From Octopus bimaculoides (taxonomy: Eukaryota): a stretch of 33,294 nt of DNA. The notes under the pieces were generated by a model. That model had not been told where the DNA came from and did not search any database. It worked only from the letters and a program-made list of their open reading frames with translations. This document shows, piece after piece, positions 1 through 11,053 of this stretch (the stretch's first letter is position 1; every line of letters starts with the position of its first letter). Location of the stretch: contig NC_068987.1 of the NCBI RefSeq assembly GCF_001194135.2, forward strand, positions 67,118,470-67,151,763, written 5' to 3'. A program made the translations under genes and the position numbers.

Positions 1-14
1 CGCTCTTCCGATCT
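1..14 (+). other. Illumina adapter remnant (assembly artefact)
   Basis: The window begins CGCTCTTCCGATCT, exactly the 3' end of the Illumina Read-1/TruSeq adapter (...ACACGACGCTCTTCCGATCT), at the very first base. Confidence 0.85.
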
Positions 15-239
15 TATATATATTTCCGATACTTCTCGAAATCGGCTGGGCCAACGACTCAAAACCAAAAGTATAAAGCCTCCTGTGTAAGGAAAACGAA
101 TGTACAGTTACGAAAACAAATAAGTAAACAACAGAAAGGGTCTTTCGACTATTGGAAGAGCGTAAGACACACACACACACAAACGCCTTTATGTATTTGT
201 ATTCCAGGATTCTTGATGTGCAATCGTATCTTGAAACCG

Positions 240-440
240 ATATTGTTATATTTCGGGACGGTCATTTTTCTTTCTTTTTTGATAAATAAACACACGCACT
301 ATATATTTGTTCTTCACTTTAGTTTTATTATTGTTCTTATTTTAGTCTTCTTTGTGAAACATAAGAACAATAATAAAGCTAAAATGAAGAACGAACATAT
401 AGTGCATGTGTTTATTTGGCAAAATATTAAAAAAATGACC
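240..440. mobile_element. Palindromic foldback/MITE-like element, family G copy 1
   Basis: Inverted arms GGTCATTTTT...AAATAAACACACGCACTATATATTTGTTCTTCACTTTAGTTTTATTATTGTTCTTAT and ATAAGAACAATAATAAAGCTAAAATGAAGAACGAACATATAGTGCATGTGTTTATTT...AAAAATGACC around a ~20-bp loop. Homologous to 22494-22743 and 30963-31437. Confidence 0.7.
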
Positions 441-633
441 AAACATGCATACATAGATACATACGTACATACATACGACGCGCTTCGTTCAGTCTCCGTC
501 TACGAAATCCACTCACAAGGCTTTGGTCGGCCCGACGCCATAGTAGAAGAAACTTGCCCAAGGTGCTACGCAGTGGGACTGAACCTGGAACCAAGTGGCT
601 AAAAAGCAATCTTCTAGCCACACAGCTATACCT
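441..633 (-). mobile_element. tRNA-derived SINE family A (5' half plus microsatellite), octopus-type
   Basis: The minus strand reads a pol III head (GCTGTGTGG A-box-like; GGTTCAGTCCC B box) followed by CCTTGGGCAAG. Matches copies at 8138-8650, 13976-14652 and 28303-28452. Confidence 0.85.
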
Positions 634-2082
634 AACTTCTCTCTGCATGCTGTCCAGGTTGTTTGTGTTGGTTGCAGCATTGCTAACTTCGAAGTATTAA
701 GTAACTTCGACTTGACACAAACATGTACGCTGTATACAATAAATCAACTATTCATATTGTATTTATGTTACGAGCATTAATATTTATAGATTAGATAACT
801 GATATAATGCCAGAGGAGAATCTAACTTCTGCATGAACAGTGAAACAAAATACAATCGAGTAAACTTAGACGACAAGACAAACTGAACATCACCTCAGAG
901 TGAGTATCAATGTCGTATCTTATACCAAGGCAGCATTTGTGAATTTCTTATAAGTATTGCAATAAATTTCATAATGGTTATAAATACTTCTCCACAGTTA
1001 CTATTTATGAAGGCTCTGGGTAGTTTCCAAAGCATTGCAGAAGTATTCAATGTTTGTCATTGTATGCCGGACAGCAAGATTTAAGAGGCGGACAAAGATG
1101 GCAAAGAAGTACAATCCTTTATTCTTGTTACTACACTTCTATGAACATCATTCATATTCACCGCGGCATCAAAACATGGACTAACAAGTTTTTTTAATTT
1201 CAAGTTACTACGTCCCATGTACATTTTTTGATTGACTCACAATGAACTCTTCCTTCAGCAGAATATGTTATATAAAATCCATTGAATGACTCCTTGATCT
1301 CTCTTTTAGTTAAAAAGGCAGTTCACTAAACATGCATTTTGTCCCTAGACTTATGTTAATTCGTTGTAGCATCCATTCCATATTATGTAACATGAAAAAG
1401 AAATATTTATCCAAATTTTCATATCTTTACCTTTGTTTCAATAACACATATTTACTATTTCGTCAGAAGGCAGGCTTTCAAATAGATATACTACGACACA
1501 ATTTGAGGCGTATTGCAACTTGCTTAACTCAGCTGCCATCTCAAATTTCATTAATGATGATGGAATAATCAGAGCACATAATCACATCATTTAGTATGTT
1601 GTCTAAACAACCACAACCACGTTTACAAGAATTTTGTTCCGGTGACGTCGACTGTACGAGTAGACGTACGAGTGCATCTAATGGATCTAGCTGGATTTTT
1701 TCAGTTTTTCTCTTGGTCACAGAGTATCTTGGAACAAATATATATACAAATTACTAACGTAAACTTCACCAAGTTACTCCGGTTCCCTGCATTACATTAC
1801 TGAGATATATTTTGAAGGCTTGCCAACAATAGCTTCGATAACAATTTTAACATATTCTATGTTCTGTGCAACTTACTTGTTATGTACAGTATTTAGCCCA
1901 CTCAACACCGACATTTTGTGCTTTGTTCTACCTCAGCATGACTTCCTGTTCACAACTTCTATTTGCAAATTTTGTGGAGCTGGTTTGCTTTTTCTTTTTG
2001 GTTTTCAAAAGTAAAAGTGTCGCTATAGATGGATACTCAAGGATAACACAAAGCTTATATTTGTGATGGTTACAAATAAGTT

Positions 2083-2186
2083 AAAGATAAAGTTTAAGTT
2101 ATTATTGATAAAGATAAAGTTTAAGTTATTATTGATAAAGATAAAGTTTAAGTTATTATTGATAAAGATAAAGTTTAAGTTATTAT
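2083..2186. repeat. 27-bp minisatellite, ~3.9 perfect copies
   Basis: Unit AAAGATAAAGTTTAAGTTATTATTGAT at 2083, 2110, 2137 and 2164 (last copy partial); no spacers. Confidence 0.95.
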
Positions 2187-2444
2187 GAAATCTCTTAAAC
2201 TTGACTCTTCAAGGAATTCCTTTGTATCAATTTATATCAACATTAGCTAATTTGGCTCAGTTTCAGTGAAAATGTTCTGTGGAGACAACGGAGCCAAGCC
2301 GTGACGCTCCATGAGTTACATTCGTATCACCTTCCTTTTTAATTACGTTGAACATTTTCAGATTCAGAAGACTCAGGTCCTGCAGAGACTCGAAGTTTGT
2401 TTTCTTTCTGAAAACAAAGTGATTTTCTCAAATGTCACCAAATA

Positions 2445-2900
2445 GACACAGTGACATTTTCGAATGCCACCAAAAGGGTGGTCATGTTTGAACTGATCGT
2501 GCCTTTGGAGGAACACAGGGAGGAAGCTCATGAAAGGAAGCTTGCCAAATACCAGGAGCTGGTATAGCAGTGCAGAAATAGGAGCTGGCAGCCACGTGGC
2601 CTATCGCGCGTTTGTAGGGCATTAATTCTGCAAAGCTTTGACTGGGCTTGTAGTAACTGGTGCAACAAAGACGTGGGCTATAACTTCCATCACTGAAGCA
2701 ACAGAGAAGATCACTAGGTGACTTTTGATAAAGAAGGCAGACCAGTGGTTTGCTGCTATTGGGATGCAAGCCAGGACTTGATCAACGCTAGCTGGATTAA
2801 CTGGGTGAGGGGCCCTGATGTTGAAAGACAAGAAACCCCCTTGGACTCCAGAAATATGACTGACGATACATCCTAGAGCGTCAGGGAGATGTATCTTAAA
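2445..2900 (+). mobile_element. 5'-truncated HERO-like non-LTR retrotransposon (restriction-like endonuclease C-terminus plus 3' UTR), inactivated
   Basis: Translates DTVTFSNATKRVVMFELIVPLEEHREEAHERKLAKYQELV*QCRNRSW, then after a frameshift FVGH*FCKALTGLVVTGATKTWAITSITEATEKITR*LLIKKADQW...ART* (stop 2779-2781). This matches the PD..D/E-L-T-V-P-W-E-E..EAHERK..KY RLE motif and tail of HERO-clade elements. The 3' UTR TGATGTTGAAAGAC...GAAAC is also HERO-like. Confidence 0.8.
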
Positions 2901-2953
2901 ACTACGTATAAGAATATTTGTACGTATATATATATGCATGTATGTATATATGT

Positions 2954-3339
2954 AATAACAACAGATAGATTGTAGTTCACTCACTACAGCTGTTTCAGAT
3001 GTGGTTTTTATTGATGAGCAGAATTATTACATATTACAAAAAAAAAATAAAATAAAAAATAAGACGCTTTCATCAGGTGAATATATTTGCGAAATAAACC
3101 TTTCAAAACATCTTAGAATCCAAGTAAGTGCTATTTCATGACTCTCTGGCCGAATTTTCGCCAGAGAGTCATGGAATGGCACTTACTTGGATTCTAAGAT
3201 GTTTTGAAAGGTTTAATTCGAAGATATATTCACCTGATGAAATCGTCTTGTTTTTCGAATGATGTAATACTTCTATTCATCAATAAAACGCACTCTGAAA
3301 CAGCTGTAGTGAGCGAACCACAATCTCTCTGCTGTTATT
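2954..3339. mobile_element. ~386-bp near-perfect palindromic (foldback) non-autonomous element
   Basis: Left arm 2954-3150 (AATAACAACAGATAGATTGTAGTTCACTCACTACAGCTG...CATGACTCTCTGGC) is the reverse complement of right arm 3160-3339 (GCCAGAGAGTCATG...CAGCTGTAGTGAGCGAACCACAATCTCTCTGCTGTTATT), with a loop of about 10 bp. Confidence 0.85.
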
Positions 3340-3601
3340 TGTTTATTATTCACCATACTTGGAACGTGCAATTAGCGTGAACCTGGAGTCTATTGAGTGC
3401 AGTACAATTGGCGTAGTGCTTGTACATAGGTGCAGTCTTGAGACACGTGGTATATTCAGTCAGCTGTTTGTTATTGTACATGCAACTGGATTATAAATCA
3501 GTATTTACTTCGGTAAGTATGTACATGTTACGCAAATTTTGCTTTGGATGCAATAGCGATTTCCCTGACCGGACCTTAATGTTTTACTATTTAAAGATCT
3601 G

Positions 3602-3605
<4 letters not shown>

Positions 3606-3652
<47 letters not shown>
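3606..3652. repeat. (CA)n microsatellite
   Basis: Direct inspection. Confidence 0.95.
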
Positions 3653-3654
<2 letters not shown>

Positions 3655-4365
3655 TATGTATAAATAAGTTCATACATACATCTCTCTTCTGAGTGGGTGT
3701 GTGCGTGTAGACAGGTAGTCAATTAGGTAAGTAGTAAGCTAGCTAGCTAGCTAGCTAACTAGAAGCTATTATAGGTGAATAGCCAGAAAAATCTATAGAT
3801 AATTATTGAGTGACACAGTGAAATGGATAAACTAGAGAAACAGATGGCTAAATAAATATATAAATAAATACATCAAGGAAGAAAGAAAGAGTGAATACAC
3901 AAATAATAGTGCAAGAAAAAGAGAGCTAATAGGTAAATAGATAAAGAGATAGATAAAATGATGGAAAGAGAGAGAGACTGAATGAGTGAGTGATAGAGGG
4001 AGAGGGAGAGAGAGTGTGAGAAAGAGTGTGAAAGAGAGTGAGTGAATGGGAGATTAAGAGACAGAAAGCGATAAAGCTCAACATAAGTGGTGTGAAGTAA
4101 AAGGTTTGGATTCTAAAATAAATATGGTTGTGTCTGATTTATTGGAAAGTAAAAACAGACAGTGAAAGCGACGAAATTTTAAGACAATGGAGAGTGTCTT
4201 TCTTCAACTTTGATGCTTCGAGTAGTCAGAATTTCTAAGACGAAAACGAAAATATCGATCTTCGAATTAAATGCTGTCTACCATTTAAGTCCCTGAGAAG
4301 GTCGACCTTTTAAAACTTTGACAGTGATTCTTATATTTGTTTGTTCACTCGATCATTTGATTACA

Positions 4366-4424
<59 letters not shown>

Positions 4425-4444
4425 TAATAATAATAATAATAATA
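4366..4444. repeat. (TAA)n microsatellite
   Basis: Direct inspection; source of the poly-Ile ORF. Confidence 0.95.
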
Positions 4445-4520
4445 AACAACTTAAAAATAACAAATCTACCTGATACAATAATCGTATAATGACTGCTACA
4501 ACGACTACTATATAGTAGAT

Positions 4521-4784
4521 NNNNNNNNNNNNNNNNNNNNNNNNNNNNNNNNNNNNNNNNNNNNNNNNNNNNNNNNNNNNNNNNNNNNNNNNNNNNNNNN
4601 NNNNNNNNNNNNNNNNNNNNNNNNNNNNNNNNNNNNNNNNNNNNNNNNNNNNNNNNNNNNNNNNNNNNNNNNNNNNNNNNNNNNNNNNNNNNNNNNNNNN
4701 NNNNNNNNNNNNNNNNNNNNNNNNNNNNNNNNNNNNNNNNNNNNNNNNNNNNNNNNNNNNNNNNNNNNNNNNNNNNNNNNNNNN
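4521..4784. other. Assembly gap (264 N)
   Basis: Run of N. Confidence 1.
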
Positions 4785-4999
4785 TATGTATATATAAACA
4801 TATGTTTATGCACATCAACGGTCACATAAATATGCAAATACACACAAACACACATACACACAAACACACACACAAACATCTTTACTCATTCACACTCATA
4901 ATATATATATATATATATATATACAAACAAACTTTGATGGCTTTCTAAACAGCACGTCATTGATAAAGGTTGATATTTCAAAACTTCAATATCCGAGAT

Positions 5000-5070
5000 A
5001 TGTTGAGAAGAAGATTAGATGTGTTTCTGGCAAATCTGAAGAAGAACCACCGATAAACGGAAGCATTAAA
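5000..5070 (+). mobile_element. Possible CR1/L2-type LINE 3' fragment
   Basis: Translates MLRRRLDVFLANL and, after a frameshift, EEPPING. This resembles the K.RLD.FL..IPDEP C-terminal motif of CR1-group ORF2, but the match is short. Confidence 0.35.
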
Positions 5071-6835
5071 TACAATATATGTAAATGATATTCAAGGCAA
5101 ACTGACAGAGTCTTGTATTCGTAAAAGTCAAGGAGTTGTTGGTTTTAAATTTATATTTAAAAGTATTTTTTTTTAATTATCTACCTCTGAATTGATGTTG
5201 GCTTTTTTGGTGTTTAGCAAAAATGATTTTCTGTCTAAGTATACACTAAATGCGCATGCACACATATACACAAACACACACACGCCCCCCCCCCCCTCCA
5301 CAAGTATATCATCACGATGTTCTATTTTAGTGGTAAAGCCGTTTTTTAGAGGTGTTCTCTCTTTGGCTAGATTTATAACTTTTTTCCAGCTTGCAAATAC
5401 TTGGTCCCACAACTAAAACCTCAATATCTCAATACTTCTGTAATCACAGAAAACTCAAGTGAATTTATAAATTATTCGTTGAATTTGCAGATTTGCATTT
5501 AGTAATCCATACTAATCCATCGTGAGATCCACAATGGAACATTGCTTTTACGCAGGGCCGTTTTAGCATCACTATAAGCCCCTGAACAAATCAATGCCCT
5601 GGGCCCTATAGTGTTTATTTTTATTTTTCGAGAACAAGCCACAGCATAAATAGATCAGAATAAGGCCTTTAGACCCTCACGGAGACAAGAGCTTAATTAC
5701 CTGGATACTGCCATTAAAGACATATGTCATAAGCATAATGTTTGAATAATATTCAACATCTTATCAATCTTTAATGTATCTAAGTTAAAGTCCTATTCCT
5801 AACGTCGGAATTATTCCGAAATTTAATCCCCTCGTCCACTTGAGAAAGATTCTTCAGAACATGAAAGTGGCTTGTCTCTCATTCCTTTATATAACGATGT
5901 TTAGTTTTGGACGAATCTCGTATCGATTTTTTTTTCTTTCGGTTACTCTTAACTCTATCCAACGTTTCTTACATGTAACCTTTAACTCTGATAGTTATCA
6001 GAATATATTAAAATATTCTTATTCTATTTTATTTTATTGTTTTATAGAGTGTAGGCTATGGACAGACAAAACGCCGTAGCATTATTTGAAGGGTTTAGTC
6101 GATTCAGTCTGACTGATTCTTGTTTTATCGACCTCATAAGAACGAAATATAAAGTAAACATGGGCACAAAAGAACATGGGTAGAAGCAAATAACACATGA
6201 TATTTTCAGTACGTCACACTGGTTTTTTCATTCTATGTTTGATGTATTCCATATATACCTGACAACTGATTTTCATCTGTATCTTAGGAACGTAAGAACT
6301 TCATCAAACATACGGCCTATTACTGCTATTTCATGCTCTTGGCTTACAGTAAAACAATGGTTAAAATACGGATATGTATAATGATATGTCATTATGGCAT
6401 AACCAAATGGATCCTTCGTCGAATCCAACGATGAGTATTTCAGGTGATCGGTCAACTGAAACTACTTAGCAAATTATAGTATTAGTGGTTGAATGTTCCG
6501 TTAACGTAATCCTCAAACAAAATTAGTGTGACACGACGACTGACAAGGCTGGCACTGGAAATTATAGATACAACCCATTCGGGAAGTCTTTATGAAGTTG
6601 CACCTCTCCTTTTCCACTAACAACGTTTTGAGCGTAAGCACGATCATGGATTATGAAGTTTGCTAAACAAATACGAAGTTTTGGTTTTCTATTCTAGAGC
6701 ATGGCATCATGGGTGACATCATTTACAATAAACTCGAGTAAACTGAATATAACATTAAGAATAGATCTAGCAATAGCTTAATTGATATACCACTTTGGTG
6801 CGGCTTACAAAATTATGGATCTATTTATGAAAATC

Positions 6836-6974
6836 TAAATTGCTTTATAACTATGGTACAGCTAAATTGATCTAACATTATATATAAACATGTGGACAGG
6901 ACATACCACTATAGGTAGCTTAATTGAAATACCTCTATTGCCAAAAGAATGGTCAATGAAAGTAATATATTACA
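6836..6974 (+). repeat. 139-bp donor segment of a local dispersed duplication (copy at 8385-8523); lies in a degenerate ~25-30-bp tandem repeat (TAGCTTAATTGAWATACCWCT-like)
   Basis: About 6 mismatches over the last 118 bp versus 8406-8523, plus 5 in the first 27 bp. Confidence 0.9.
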
Positions 6975-7076
6975 ATGAATAATGGTATGGTTATCTAAAA
7001 ATGTTTCTTTATTTTTCTATGGTTGAGATTATGTATATGACTACGAATATCTTACAATAATTCTGCTTGTCACTCT

Positions 7077-7560
7077 GTTACTTAGCCCGTCTTTAACGCT
7101 TCCACGTGATTAGTTGAAGGGGGATGAATGGGAGGGTTGGAGGAAAGTAGGTAAGAGAGGGGGAGGGAGTGGGAATGGTGAGTGAAATGTGCAATTTTTT
7201 TAACTAAGTTTTTTTTTCTCCGTTACTTAGACCGTCTTTAACGCTTTCACGTGATTAGTTGAAGGGAAAAGCGAAGAGTGAAAGAAAAAGGATGGAGAAA
7301 AAGAGGGTAAGGAGAAAAAGGGAGTGTCGCGTATTAAGTCTATAAAATTGTGCATAAAGTTATATAAAGTGTATATATAAAGTGCATTAAATAATCATCG
7401 TATACCAGTTTCCTTCACTTTTCAATGATTAGCAGATGAGTGACTATCTTTTGATACAGACACAACACAGACTACGCTTTCAGGTTTTTTGGATAAAGTT
7501 TTCAGAAATAATCCAGTAAGTTTACCTTTAACTTCGTGAAATATTCACGGGTCCCGCTAG
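7077..7560 (+). mobile_element. Non-autonomous Helitron-like element (3' end clear, 5' end uncertain)
   Basis: Perfect hairpin CGTGAA-ATA-TTCACG (7535-7549) lies 7 bp before CTAG (7557-7560), which is followed by T: the canonical Helitron 3' signature. Internal 44-bp direct repeats at 7077-7120 and 7222-7265. Confidence 0.65.
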
Positions 7561-8137
7561 TCTAAATTAATATTCCCCTGTGGTATAGCTAAAGTGATAG
7601 ACATTGCTGACGAATTTTCTAGCCAAGAATAAAAGCAAGTTTTAATTCACGGGTTGTAGCTAGTTCAATTCAGTTATGTTAATAATTCCATAGAAAAAAA
7701 TCACCAGTATCACATAACCACATCGTCAGTCCCTTTAAATTTGAAGCTTTCTTAGTGGACAGAGCGCGACAAACCAAATTAACACGATTTCGAGTTCAGG
7801 TTGGAGCAAATTAACATTAATTACACGCCTATTACCTCGAAATAAATGCCACACAGTTTCAGTTGCTATTTTCTATAAATCTGAAATTCTGTAGCCGGTG
7901 AAAAAAGTCCCCTATAATTATAAACATTTTGAACAGAGAATCTAATGAGATGAAGAGAGAAATAATTAGACACAATATTTGAATTGAATTTGGGTGATTT
8001 GAAATTCTTGAAATTTAATTTCTAATTTCTGTCATAATGGTGACAAGACATGCATCATGATTTCCTATTCCCTCCGCCTATTATTAATTGCTAAATTGCC
8101 AAACAAAACTGTTATATTTGTGCGTATTTATGTGACA

Positions 8138-8650
8138 TCTTTTATCTTCCTTTACTTGTTTCAGTTATTGAACTGCAGCCATACTGAGACATCGCCTAGA
8201 AGGGTTTTAGTCGAACAAATCAACTGCAGGACATATTATACTTTTTAATTCTGATACCTAGTCTATCAGTTTATGTTGTTAAACCAATAAGTTACAACCA
8301 CGGTTGTGAAGCGATGCGGAGGAGAAACACAGACACAAAGACGCACGTACACACACACAAACACACATATATATATGACGGGCTTAAATTGGTTTACACC
8401 TGTGATACAGCTAAATTGACTTTACATTATATATAAACATGTGGACAGGACATACCACTATAGGTAGCTGAATTGAAATACCTCTATTGCTAAAAGAATG
8501 GTCAATGAAAGTAACATATTACAGTTTCCGTCTACCAAATTTACTCACAAGGCATTGGTCGACCCAGGGCTATAGTACAAGACGCTTACCCATGGTGCTG
8601 TGCAGCGGGACTGAACCCAAAATCTCGCTGTTTGAAATCGAGTTTCATAC
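8138..8650 (-). mobile_element. Full-length, diverged SINE family A (head, internal CA/TA microsatellite, tail) with a 139-bp insertion
   Basis: Tail TTTACTTGTTTCAGTTATTGAACTGCAGCC..., then (CA)/(TA), then GACGGGCTT[insert 8385-8523]GTTTCCGTCTACC...GGGACTGAACCC (B box on the minus strand). Confidence 0.8.
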
Positions 8651-8909
8651 TGTTTAGTTTTTTGAAAGGTATTTTTATTTTATTAACATTAAGAAAAGTC
8701 AGAGTTTGACTGAAAGGCGATTGGTTGCTGAATAAACACATAGATGGTCCGGCAGTGGATTTTTTAGCGATAGTTTAGTTCACTATACAGACACATCATC
8801 GATTTTCTGGTACTTTTGGCTCCGAAGCCTTAACGAATTAATCCGTTTTGTCGGGCCTTCTGCGGTCACTTGACAATAACAGTGTTTAACAAAAATTTAT
8901 TTTTTTATC

Positions 8910-9397
8910 TGTCTTTGGTCAGTAAGTGCTATTTCCTATTTGCTACTATCTAGAAATCAAAGGAAATGACTACTATTCTCTTCAAACTTTGCTTTTGTGA
9001 CCTGGAAATCTATGTTTTAGAACTCACCTATTTTCCATTACATTTCAGAAAGATTCAGCGCTGAGTTGCTGAAACAGAAATATCGTTATAGCAAATATTC
9101 TGCTCAATACCAGAGAATTGCTTGTCAGTTGTTTGACCTAAACCATTTGAGCGTGTCCCTTAGAGTCTGTCAATATGTGCATCTCAGATCATGAGTAGTT
9201 GTGAGGGAGCATCATTATCATGTTTTGAGTGGGGGTTTGAATAAAGGTAGGGTTTGAATAAATTGGAATTTGAATAAATGTAGCAAAAGCAAAGTTTTAA
9301 GGAGATATTATCCATTTTTCATACCTTCTAGGGGTAAGCAAATACGAAAAAATTAGGGGTAAGCAAATAGGACAAAAATCGTGTTACACAGTGTAAT
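8910..9397 (-). repeat. Left arm of a long inverted repeat (unclassified interspersed repeat E)
   Basis: Reverse complement of 10582-11053, e.g. TGTCTTTGGTCAGTAA, GCAAATATTCTGCTCAATACCA, TTGCTTGTCAGTTGTTTGACC, AGGGGTAAGC, CGTGTTACACAGTG. Roughly 75-80% identity by eye. Confidence 0.85.
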
Positions 9398-9819
9398 TTA
9401 TCACACATTCTCGCTTATCTGCTAATTATACACCAAACATGCGTCTAAAGTACTATGAACAGTTCTACTTTATCTTCGATCTATGCGGATTAGTGCTTAC
9501 GTTGGACACTAGCACTTACGTTCTCAGTTCTCTTACTTGAAATAACCATAGCCAAGGGTAAGTTTAAGATAAATAAGCAGAGGATCTCACAAAATTTTGA
9601 TATCATCACTAACAAGCGTAGTGTAGATAATGCATGTAAACGCATGGTACACACAACGCCACCTGTGATCCGAAGTGAACTAGACTGCGGTCTCGAGAAT
9701 TTCCTTTTCCTCCCTCATAGTTTATCCGGATTAAAGTAAGTGGTGGCACATCAGTTACAGGAAAATCTGTGTTGTACTAGTAATAGAGACAGTTAACGAA
9801 ATACTTTTAATTTATGACA

Positions 9820-10259
9820 TATAGTAAATAAAGTATGTCCGGAATTTTCGCTGAACTGGCAAAGACCATAATCACCCGTACGACATTCTACGAGTGGTGT
9901 TCGTTAAAGATTTCTCCTGACTAACTTCCGGTTATTGCTGGAAACGGAACTTGCACAGGTATAATCATACAAGTCTCTACATGTCACATTATAAATTACA
10001 GCTTTCCACTAGTATTCGTTTGTCTTTTGATGCTGCTGAAGTGGACTGCGGTGTTATAATAGAGGCCGTTGAACGCAGATTGGTGATCAGCTTCTTATAC
10101 TTGAAAAGTTGTAAACTGAAAGAGACTGTCGATGAAATGAAAGACGTTTATGGTGACGATGTACCATCATGCGACGTATTCAAGCACTGGCATTACCAGT
10201 TTCAATGCGGTCGGACATCGGTGGAAACTGCTCCTATTCCTGGACGACTACATTTTGAT
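9820..10259 (+). mobile_element. Mariner (Mos1/SETMAR-type) transposon 5' fragment with N-terminal HTH
   Basis: From 10059 (ATA in place of ATG): EAVERRLVISFLYLKSCKLKETVDEMKDVYGDDVPSCDVFKHWHYQFQCGRTSVETAPIPGR. Matches the R.VI.FL......EI..EL..VYG..APS...V..W...FK.GRTS.ED.PR.GRP mariner HTH. No catalytic domain is present. Confidence 0.85.
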
Positions 10260-10581
10260 TAGTTTATATCACGGTGTTGTCTCCCTTGCTTTCTTTGTTA
10301 GAGTTAGTCGGTGAATGAATTATTTTTCTCTTCATTTCAAGTAAAAATTTGAAATAAAATTTCTTGGCTTGCTGCATTAAATATGGCAACACTCACTTTA
10401 AAGGGAAGGAAGAAGAGCGGTAGAGAGAGAGAGAGGAGGGGAGGCAGGGGGAGGGGTTAGAATGTGGAAGAGATATACACAATTCAATCCGGTTTTTAGT
10501 GCCACATGTTCAAATGTTACCAAAACCAAGAGTTTAAAACTTGTTGATTACGAAATGTCCAGTTCAACACTGAACTGGTAC

Positions 10582-11053
10582 ATTCACTGTGTAACACGAC
10601 TTTTGTTCTTGGGTCACAACTGTTATTTCCTATTCGCTTACCCCTAGAAAGTATGAAAAATAGGGCTTTTGTTACATTTATTTATACTCCAAAGAATCCC
10701 TTGGCTATGTTATATTTATTTAAACTCTAAAGAATCCCTTGGCTATGATGCTCCCTCACTGCTCCTGCCCATGATCAGAGATGCACATATAGTTAACCAA
10801 TAAGGGACATGCTCAAGTGGTTAAGGTCAAACAACTGACAAGCAAATCTGTGGTATTGAGCAGAATATTTGCTATAACAATATTCCTGCTTTAGTAACTC
10901 AGTGCTGAATCTGTCTGAAATGTAATGGAAAATAGGTCAGTTTCAAAACATTGATGTCTAGGTCACAAAAGCAAATTTTGAAGGGAATAGTAACCATTTC
11001 CTTTCATTTCTAGATAAAACGAAATAGGAAATAATGTTTACTGACCAAAGACA
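10582..11053 (+). repeat. Right arm of the long inverted repeat (repeat E), followed by (TAAA)n at 11054-11081
   Basis: Reverse complement of 8910-9397. Confidence 0.85.

Noticed and set aside
2083-2186. 27-bp repeats as a CRISPR array
   Set aside because: The repeats are directly adjacent with no unique spacers, the context is eukaryotic, and there are no cas genes.
5553-5710. CAGGGCCG...GGGCCC MITE-like segment
   Set aside because: No convincing matching right TIR or TSD.
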